Source of the DNA: Candidatus Nitrosopumilus koreensis AR1
GTDB taxonomy: Archaea; Thermoproteota; Nitrososphaeria; Nitrososphaerales; Nitrosopumilaceae
NCBI RefSeq assembly: GCF_000299365.1
Contig: NC_018655.1
Coordinates: forward strand, 1,110,001 to 1,142,000
DNA length: 32,000 nt
Reading direction: 5' to 3'
The translations under genes were made by a program, and so were the position numbers. This document shows, piece by piece, positions 1-5,754 of the stretch (the stretch's first letter is position 1; the number at the start of each line of letters is the position of its first letter). The notes below the pieces were generated by a model, which saw nothing but the letters and a program-made list of their open reading frames with translations, made no database searches and was not told where the DNA came from.

Positions 1-1
1 C

Positions 2-1306
2 CCAATTGAACCGCTAAGTTTCAGCACAGATGAGTTAATGTCAAGACCATATCAAGTAATTAACACACTGTTCAATTTGCATTTGTACTTTAAACAAAAT
101 AGTCAGTACGATAATTTTGAAAAATCAAACACTGTAGAATGGGCAAAACAAAACGACTTGCTAACATCACCAGATATTTGGTTATTATCAAAACTTCAAA
201 AATTGATTCTCAAAATCACAGATAAAAATAATTCATGTAGATTCCATGAGAGTGCAAAAGCAATTGATGATTTCATCATAAACAATCTCAGTCAAATCTA
301 CATTCCAATCACACGGGGGGAATTATGGGATGAAGATGAGGAGAAAAAAGACAGAAGGCTTGCAATTTATGCAGTACTGGAAAAAGTTCTAAAAATATTA
401 GATATTTTGATTCACCCATTTTGTCCATTTACGAGTGAATACTTGTATCAAACGGTTTTTGATGGAAAACAAAGCATACTACTTGACAAATGGCCAGAAG
501 CCCAAGAATCACTTGTCAACGAAGAAATTGAAGAATCATTTGACATTATGAAAGACGTAGTGTCTGTTTCATCAGCTGCAAGAATGAAAGGTAAACTGAA
601 ACGAAGATGGCCATTAAATGAAGCAAGAATTTGTGTTAAGAAGGGTCAAAAAGCCAAGCTAGAATCATTATCAGAGTTATTGCAATCTCAATTAAACGTA
701 GAAAAATTCAGCATAGTTGAAACAGAAAAAGAATTAGGATTGGAACAAATTTTAGAACTAAAGGAATTAGGATTACCTGTAAAACCAATTATCGAATTAG
801 AAAGAAAAAGAATCGGTCCCAAAGCGAAACAACACATGGGAAAACTTGTAACAAAGTTTTCTGAAACAGATCCTGAAGAAATAATATCATCATTACAAAA
901 AGATTCAAAATTTAATTTTGACATAGATGGAGAAACTATTTCACTGGAAAGTGAAGATTTTGTTGTAGATTTTGATACATCAGAAAACTTTGCAGTATCA
1001 AAGAGAGATGATTATGTAGTGTTTATTTCTACTTTAAGAAACAAAGAGATGATGGCAAGAGGATTAATCAAAGATGTTGCAAGAAGACTTCAAACTCTAA
1101 GAAAAGAAAGAGGATACAATCCAACTGATGTTTTAGGGGTTGCGTCAATTCTTGATCTAGATGAAGAATCACTTGGGATGATAAAAGAAAAATCAGATGA
1201 TCTGGCGTTTTTGGTCAGAGTAAAACAAGTAAACTTTACAGAATCATGTAAAGAATACAAAGACGACGATATTGATGGTCAGAAAATTAGGATTTCAGTA
1301 GAATAG
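2..1306 (+). CDS. ileS: Class Ia aminoacyl-tRNA synthetase, C-terminal anticodon-binding and C-terminal extension region (most likely isoleucyl-tRNA synthetase); 5' end lies off the left edge
   Basis: The frame is open from nt 2 (PIEPLSFSTDEL precedes the listed Met at 38), so the gene is truncated by the window. The segment DIWLLSKL...FIINNLSQIYIPITRGELW...RLAIYAVLEKVL...HPFCPFTSEYLYQ fits the helical anticodon-binding domain pattern of Ile/Val/Leu-RS. The long C-terminal extension fits archaeal IleRS. The choice among Ile, Val and Leu is from memory of family patterns, not from a search. Confidence 0.6.
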   Translation, partial: PIEPLSFSTDELMSRPYQVINTLFNLHLYFKQNSQYDNFEKSNTVEWAKQNDLLTSPDIWLLSKLQKLILKITDKNNSCRFHESAKAIDDFIINNLSQIYIPITRGELWDEDEEKKDRRLAIYAVLEKVLKILDILIHPFCPFTSEYLYQTVFDGKQSILLDKWPEAQESLVNEEIEESFDIMKDVVSVSSAARMKGKLKRRWPLNEARICVKKGQKAKLESLSELLQSQLNVEKFSIVETEKELGLEQILELKELGLPVKPIIELERKRIGPKAKQHMGKLVTKFSETDPEEIISSLQKDSKFNFDIDGETISLESEDFVVDFDTSENFAVSKRDDYVVFISTLRNKEMMARGLIKDVARRLQTLRKERGYNPTDVLGVASILDLDEESLGMIKEKSDDLAFLVRVKQVNFTESCKEYKDDDIDGQKIRISVE

Positions 1307-1376
1307 TTTTTAAAAAAAATACGAGTGCAGTGCAAACTCACTTTTTATTAATCAAAATGGGAAATAAATCACATCG

Positions 1377-1427
1377 CAGAAGAGATTGGGTTCAGATCCC
1401 CTACCAGTGTTTTCTCAATCTCTTCTG
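1377..1427. repeat. Perfect 12-bp inverted repeat (CAGAAGAGATTG ... CAATCTCTTCTG) with a 27-nt spacer, upstream of the Dps-like gene
   Basis: Arms at 1377-1388 and 1416-1427 are exact reverse complements. The repeat sits just upstream of a TATA-like TTTTTATTA (about 1445-1453) and about 47 nt from the ATG at 1475. Function is unknown. Confidence 0.5.
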
Positions 1428-1474
1428 AGTGATTTAATGTAATATTTTTATTACAATCATACTGACGTAAGGAA

Positions 1475-2062
1475 ATGTCCGAATCAAAGGCACCAAATGT
1501 TGTTGGAATTAATGTTCTAAAACAAAACGGTCTTGATGTGGATGAATTGGTAAAAGAACTGATAAAAAATGCAGCAGTGGAATTTACTGCATACTACTAT
1601 TTTACCAATCTCAGAGCACATTGTACAGGCTTGGAAGGAGAGGGACTAAAAGGAATTATCGAAGATGCAAGGCTAGAAGATCTTAGCCATTTTGAGTCAT
1701 GCATTGAGAGAATATACCAGCTAGGAGGTTCACTTCCAAATGATGCAACAGAATTTATCAAAATTTCTGGTTGTGAGTTTTTACAACTTCCAGCAAATCC
1801 AACAGATCACAAAGCAATTCTAGAAAAATGTCTCAAAGCAGAACAAGGAGCAATTGTAAACTGGGATAAAATTTGCAAAATGACACTAGGCAAAGATCCT
1901 GCAACATACGATATTGCAAAAGATATTCTAGCTGAAGAGATCGAACATGAGTCTTGGTTCTTAGAGTTAATTTACGGAAGACCATCAGGACACATGAGAA
2001 GAAAATATTCTGGAGAAAGACCACACACCAGAAAACACTCTAGAGCACTAGATATGGCATAA
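1475..2062 (+). CDS. Dps-like / ferritin-superfamily four-helix-bundle protein (archaeal DPSL type) with a basic C-terminal tail
   Basis: 195-aa ORF. Ferritin-like features include AVEFTAYYYF...LEGEG..., EDLSHFE...I, and EQGAI...AEEIEHESWF (paired E/ExxH di-iron ligand-like motifs). Confidence 0.75.
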   Translation: MSESKAPNVVGINVLKQNGLDVDELVKELIKNAAVEFTAYYYFTNLRAHCTGLEGEGLKGIIEDARLEDLSHFESCIERIYQLGGSLPNDATEFIKISGCEFLQLPANPTDHKAILEKCLKAEQGAIVNWDKICKMTLGKDPATYDIAKDILAEEIEHESWFLELIYGRPSGHMRRKYSGERPHTRKHSRALDMA

Positions 2063-2170
2063 TGCCAAATCACTCTTTTCTTTATTCTCAAAATATTGGT
2101 TTTATTGACGACAAAGTGTGAAGAGGAGTTGTTTTACCACGGTTAAATAGAAAAATCACGTAATTATATC

Positions 2171-2500
2171 ATGGTAAAACAAATCAGTCTTGATGCATGG
2201 CAAATTCAACACTTATCAGATTTGCTTGAAAAAGGCTCAAAGATTGTAGAGAAAACCAATCGACCCATTGTTCTGTACAGACAGACACTTGAGGAAGAAG
2301 AAGAATCCTATGAAGAGATTGTATGCACACTTACCAAAGGATATGTAATTGAACAAATGGTGACATCAGGAGGTGTTCTAGTCCCAAGTTTTCACCAACA
2401 GTTTGTGTTTACCATTGAAGAGTATCCACAAGAGTTACTGAGAAAAAGTAAAGATCGCTTTTTAGAAATGATTGATTTTCTAGATGAGCAATTAAGATAA
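2171..2500 (+). CDS. Hypothetical protein (109 aa, acidic)
   Basis: ATG-initiated ORF with a TATA-like TTAAATAG about 30 nt upstream, on the same strand as sucCD. No family recognised. Confidence 0.5.
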   Translation: MVKQISLDAWQIQHLSDLLEKGSKIVEKTNRPIVLYRQTLEEEEESYEEIVCTLTKGYVIEQMVTSGGVLVPSFHQQFVFTIEEYPQELLRKSKDRFLEMIDFLDEQLR

Positions 2501-2508
2501 CATCATAG

Positions 2509-2516
2509 TTAATAAA
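2509..2516 (+). promoter_or_regulatory. TATA-box-like element (TTAATAAA) for sucCD
   Basis: The element is centred about 29 nt upstream of the sucC ATG at 2541. That spacing fits archaeal TATA-to-TSS distance with a leaderless or very short-leader mRNA. Confidence 0.35.
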
Positions 2517-2540
2517 GACCGTAAAATTCAAGATTTTTGC

Positions 2541-3647
2541 ATGCAATTATTAGAATACCAGGCAAAGGAATTATTCCGTGAATACGGCATCAACCTATTA
2601 GACAGTATTTCATCTACCAATATTGAAGAGGGTAGAAAGCATGCAAAAGAGCTAGGATATCCATTTGTGATCAAAATTCAGGTTCCAGTAGGAGGTAGAG
2701 GAAAAGCAGGAGGAATCCAAAAGTGTCAAAATGATGATGAATTTGAGATAAAATATCCTCAAGTTATGGACTTGACAATCAAGGGAGAAAAAGCAAGAGC
2801 AATTCTTCTTGAGAAGATGGCAGATATCAAAAAAGAGCTTTATCTTTCAATATTTTTGAATCGTTCAAAAAGATGTTACACAATTATTGCATCTGCTGAA
2901 GGAGGAGTTGAAATTGAATCAGTGAAAAATCAGATTATCAAAGAGATAGGATTAGGGGAAGTTTCAGACGAACTTGCAAAAGAAGTAGCAAAAGAAATGG
3001 GATTAGAAGGAAAACATGCAGAAGGAGTTATAGATACATTGAAAAAATTATCAAAACTCACAATCGAAAAGGAAGCAGAACTTGTAGAAATTAATCCACT
3101 AGCAATCATGCAAGATGACACAATTATGGCATTAGATGGAAAATTTGTTACAGATGACAATAGTAATTTCAGACACCCAGAATTAGAAAAATATCAAGAA
3201 AAAACAGCAATTGAAGAACAAGCTGAGAAGAGTGGATTTTCATTAGTAGAATTAGATGGAGATGTCGCAGTTGTTGGAAATGGTGCAGGACTTGTAATGT
3301 CTACACTAGATATGTTATCAGACAATGGAGGAAAACCAGCATGTTTCTTAGATGTTGGTGGTGGCGCAACAACTGAATCAGTATACGAAGCATTAACTTT
3401 GATTAGTAAATTAAACAGAGTAAAAGGAATTTTAGTAAATCTCTACGGTGGAATTGTGAAAACAACAGTAGTTGCTGAAGCATTTCTAAAGGCATATGAA
3501 GACAATGTAATTGATTTGCCAGTATTTTGTAGATTAAAGGGAACAGAATCTGAAAAAGCAACAGAAATGCTACAAGGTTCTAGAACCAAAATTTTTGGCA
3601 CAGTTGAAGAAGCAATTAACGCAGCAGTGATGGGTGTAAAGAAATGA
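2541..3647 (+). CDS. sucC: Succinyl-CoA synthetase (ADP-forming) beta subunit, ATP-grasp
   Basis: N-terminus MQLLEYQAKELFREYGI, GGRGKAGGI and VGNGAGLVMSTLDM motifs, and an ATGA overlap with the alpha subunit gene. Confidence 0.9.
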   Translation: MQLLEYQAKELFREYGINLLDSISSTNIEEGRKHAKELGYPFVIKIQVPVGGRGKAGGIQKCQNDDEFEIKYPQVMDLTIKGEKARAILLEKMADIKKELYLSIFLNRSKRCYTIIASAEGGVEIESVKNQIIKEIGLGEVSDELAKEVAKEMGLEGKHAEGVIDTLKKLSKLTIEKEAELVEINPLAIMQDDTIMALDGKFVTDDNSNFRHPELEKYQEKTAIEEQAEKSGFSLVELDGDVAVVGNGAGLVMSTLDMLSDNGGKPACFLDVGGGATTESVYEALTLISKLNRVKGILVNLYGGIVKTTVVAEAFLKAYEDNVIDLPVFCRLKGTESEKATEMLQGSRTKIFGTVEEAINAAVMGVKK

Positions 3648-4561
3648 CAGATATTTTTGAATTACTAAAAGGAAATCCAGGAGATCCAGATTATGAGAAA
3701 AAAGGAGTGATAGTTCAAGGAATTACTGGAGCATATGGTTCACTCCATGCAAGAAACATGATTGCATATGGGACAAACGTTGTTGCAGGAGTCACTCCTG
3801 GAAAAGGCGGTCAAAAATTTGATGGAAAAGTTCCAATTTACAATACAATGAAAGAAGCAGTAGATGCAACAAATGCAAAAATTTCAATAGTTTTTGTACC
3901 AGCAAAATTCTTCTTAAGTGCTGCAAAAGATGCATTGGACGCAGGAATCAAACTTTTAGTTGCAATTCCAGAACATGTTCCAATTAGGGACACAATGGAA
4001 ACATTAGAGCTTGCAAAACAAAAAGGAGCAATAGTTATTGGTCCAAACACCCCAGGAATAATGATTCCAGAATTAATCAAAATTGGAATAATGCCACCAA
4101 TGCCTTTCAAAGCAGGAAAAATCGCAGTACTATCAAAAAGTGGAACATTACTTTATGAGATTTCAGATGCATTAACTAATGCAGGATTTGGACAATCAAT
4201 CACAATAGGTATTGGAGGAGACCCAGTTAACGGAACAAGATTAATTGATGCATTTGACATGGTAAAAGACATTCCAGATTTGGAGGGAATGGTAGTCGTA
4301 GGAGAAATAGGAGGAGATTCTGAAGAAATGTTAGCTCAAAGAATTATGGATTCAGGATTTAACAAACCAACTGTTGCATATATTGCAGGAAGAGCAGCCC
4401 CAAAAGAAAAGAGAATGGGGCATGCAGGAGCAATTGTAATGGGAACGTATGGTTCAGCAGAATCCAAAGTATCAATGTTTAACAAAGCAAACATCCCAGT
4501 CGCCAAAAGACCTGCAGAAGTACCTGTTTTATTAGCTGGAAAGATGGAAAAATCCGATTAG
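3644..4561 (+). CDS. sucD: Succinyl-CoA synthetase alpha subunit
   Basis: Motifs VIVQGITG..G, GVTPGKGG, SKSGTL.YE and the MGHAGAIV phosphohistidine loop. The start overlaps the sucC stop (ATGA at 3644-3647). Confidence 0.92.
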   Translation: MTDIFELLKGNPGDPDYEKKGVIVQGITGAYGSLHARNMIAYGTNVVAGVTPGKGGQKFDGKVPIYNTMKEAVDATNAKISIVFVPAKFFLSAAKDALDAGIKLLVAIPEHVPIRDTMETLELAKQKGAIVIGPNTPGIMIPELIKIGIMPPMPFKAGKIAVLSKSGTLLYEISDALTNAGFGQSITIGIGGDPVNGTRLIDAFDMVKDIPDLEGMVVVGEIGGDSEEMLAQRIMDSGFNKPTVAYIAGRAAPKEKRMGHAGAIVMGTYGSAESKVSMFNKANIPVAKRPAEVPVLLAGKMEKSD

Positions 4562-4592
4562 AATAAAAGAGAGGGATTGAGGAGAGAATCAA

Positions 4593-4760
4593 ATGCCAAT
4601 TACAGACCCAGAAAAGAAACGAATTGCACAACAAGCAAGATTAGTTATGCGTATTTGTTTTAATTGTGGTTGCAGAAACGACATAGACGCTACCAGATGT
4701 AGAAAATGTAGAAATCCATACTTGAGATTAAAGAACAGAAATCTCGGCGTAAAGAAATAG
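4593..4760 (+). CDS. rpl40e: 50S ribosomal protein L40e (55 aa; absent from the ORF track because it is under 60 aa)
   Basis: My translation is MPITDPEKKRIAQQARLVMRICFNCGCRNDIDATRCRKCRNPYLRLKNRNLGVKK. The N-terminal MP.TDP, the CxxC...CxxC zinc ribbon and the LRLK tail match archaeal L40e. Confidence 0.85.
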   Translation: MPITDPEKKRIAQQARLVMRICFNCGCRNDIDATRCRKCRNPYLRLKNRNLGVKK

Positions 4761-4762
4761 AA

Positions 4763-5011
4763 TCAGAAATTCATCAATCTTTGCCTATAATCAACTATTG
4801 CAGATTTTATGTTAGAATTATATCGCATCACAAAGGATTTTGCCAAATCAGGATTATCCAGTTCATCCAGGTCAATCTGAAGATCATCAGGCAGTTGTTC
4901 ATTCATCTGAAAAAGGATTTTTGCAGCGTCAACGTATTGTCCTAGATTTTCTGCATATTCAAAGGCCAATTTCATTCGGTCAATTAACGCATCAAATTCC
5001 TGTAAGGACAT
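4763..5011 (-). CDS. Hypothetical protein (82 aa from the ATG at 5011; the track's 5044 start is a TTG)
   Basis: The ORF is MSLQEFDALIDRMKLAFEYAENL..., helical and acidic. The first ATG is at 5011. No family recognised. Confidence 0.45.
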   Translation of the reverse strand: MSLQEFDALIDRMKLAFEYAENLGQYVDAAKILFQMNEQLPDDLQIDLDELDNPDLAKSFVMRYNSNIKSAIVDYRQRLMNF

Positions 5012-5105
5012 AACAAAATTACGAAAAAACAGTACTAAAGGCAATGGTAATTACAAAATATTCACAATCTAAAGACAAAAAAGCTTGTAGTTTTGTAATT
5101 TTGTT

Positions 5106-5200
5106 GGACCGGTCGTCTAGTTTGGTTTGGATGACGCACTCACACTGCGTAAGAGATCAATTCTCCGCAAAGGTCGTGGGTTCAAATCCCATCCGGTCCA
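5106..5200 (+). tRNA. tRNA-Val (anticodon CAC) with a 20-nt intron after the anticodon stem (about position 43/44, non-canonical)
   Basis: Hand-folded cloverleaf: acceptor GGACCGG/CCGGTCC plus discriminator A; D arm GTCT-AGTTTGGTTT-GGAT; anticodon arm ACGCA-CTCACAC-TGCGT with U33 and A37. Then comes the insert AAGAGATCAATTCTCCGCAA, followed by variable loop AGGTC and T arm GTGGG-TTCAAAT-CCCAT. The tRNA is 75 nt without the insert and 95 nt with it. No CCA is encoded. Confidence 0.8.
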
Positions 5201-5376
5201 TCCCTCTAATCTTGTAAGGTCCAAAACAATTCATCAATACATGCTTTTCATTCGTTTTTTCTTTCTCATATCCTTCTCATGAAAAGATGATTTTACAGAG
5301 TAGTCATAATCAGGAAAGAGTTGTTCAAATCTTTCTTCCAGTATATGATCGGGTATTATGTCAGACAAGAATCTCA

Positions 5377-5472
5377 TTACCATCCTTGTGTTGGATGACA
5401 ATCACACACACATCCATTAGTGCAATGCATTCTACGACAATCTTCACAATGTTTACTTATTGTATGACCCAT
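5377..5472 (-). CDS. Candidate 31-aa Cys/His-rich micro-protein (MGHTISKHCEDCRRMHCTNGCVCDCHPTQGW)
   Basis: ATG-to-TAA ORF on the minus strand with 6 Cys and 4 His in 31 aa. GGTGG lies 5 nt upstream of the ATG and a TATA-like ATAATAT lies about 32 nt upstream. It runs antisense to the compositionally odd 69-aa + strand ORF at 5287..5496, which I regard as spurious. Confidence 0.35.
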   Translation of the reverse strand: MGHTISKHCEDCRRMHCTNGCVCDCHPTQGW

Positions 5473-5677
5473 TTTTCCACCAGAATTTTTTATTGATATT
5501 ATAGAGATCTGAAAGAAAAACAACGATAAACTTGATTTTGTCTTAGATGAAGTCAACTCATCAATATCTTAAATAGTTGAAATTAATTGGTCAACCTATG
5601 AAATGTCAATGTACAACCGATGTGCCATGTATGTTTCATTACATTATGGCAAACCCTAGCTCCATAAAGCCTAAAAA

Positions 5678-5711
5678 TTGAGTATGATATTTTGTTTGAA
5701 TGCATACTCAA
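5678..5711 (-). terminator. Hairpin plus T-run downstream of the NHL/FN3 gene
   Basis: TTGAGTATG (5678-5686) and CATACTCAA (5703-5711) form a 9-bp stem. On the minus strand it is followed by ATTTTTAG and lies about 44 nt after the stop at 5755. Confidence 0.3.
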
Positions 5712-5754
5712 AAATTCTATCAAATGCAATCCAAACTAATTGTTGTGCCAGTTA

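Noticed and set aside
688-924. 78-aa minus-strand ORF inside the aminoacyl-tRNA synthetase gene. The same situation applies to 1833..2024, 2930..3160, 3838..4110, 10675..10926, 11601..11822, 11826..12116, 14359..14556, 14574..14774, 14977..15180, 16740..17120, 16949..17164, 22002..22223, 22628..23058, 23196..23429, 23478..23922, 24518..25282, 26461..26655, 26904..27194, 27702..27929, 28326..28514, 28657..28845, 28908..29114 and 31144..31551.
   Set aside because: All lie antisense to, or in an alternative frame of, genes with strong family signatures or clear signal-peptide/TM logic. Their translations are low-complexity (Ser/Phe/Leu/Ile-rich), as expected for shadow frames in AT-rich DNA.
1388-1400. 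GGGTTCAGATCCC, identical to the T-arm of tRNA-Thr (15268-15280). It could be a tRNA fragment marking an integration (att) site.
   Set aside because: Identity is limited to the 13-nt T-stem/loop consensus. There is no matching acceptor-stem sequence, no integrase, and no second copy flanking an island. Only 3 bp of T-stem could form locally.
2541-4561. Whether sucCD could instead be a dedicated CoA ligase of the thaumarchaeal 3-hydroxypropionate/4-hydroxybutyrate cycle.
   Set aside because: Both subunits carry canonical succinyl-CoA synthetase motifs, including the alpha-subunit phosphohistidine loop MGHAGAIV. Substrate specificity cannot be read from the sequence alone, so I keep the conservative call.
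5287-5496. 69-aa plus-strand ORF downstream of tRNA-Val.
   Set aside because: Its composition is implausible (runs of T/S/H/M/F/C with no secondary-structure logic) and it has no promoter-like element. The opposite strand holds a better-supported 31-aa Cys/His-rich ORF.
5106-5754. A possible integrated element next to tRNA-Val, and likewise next to tRNA-Thr at 15216..15290.
   Set aside because: There is no integrase or recombinase gene, no direct repeat of the tRNA 3' end downstream, and no compositional break that I can see. The flanking genes are ordinary.
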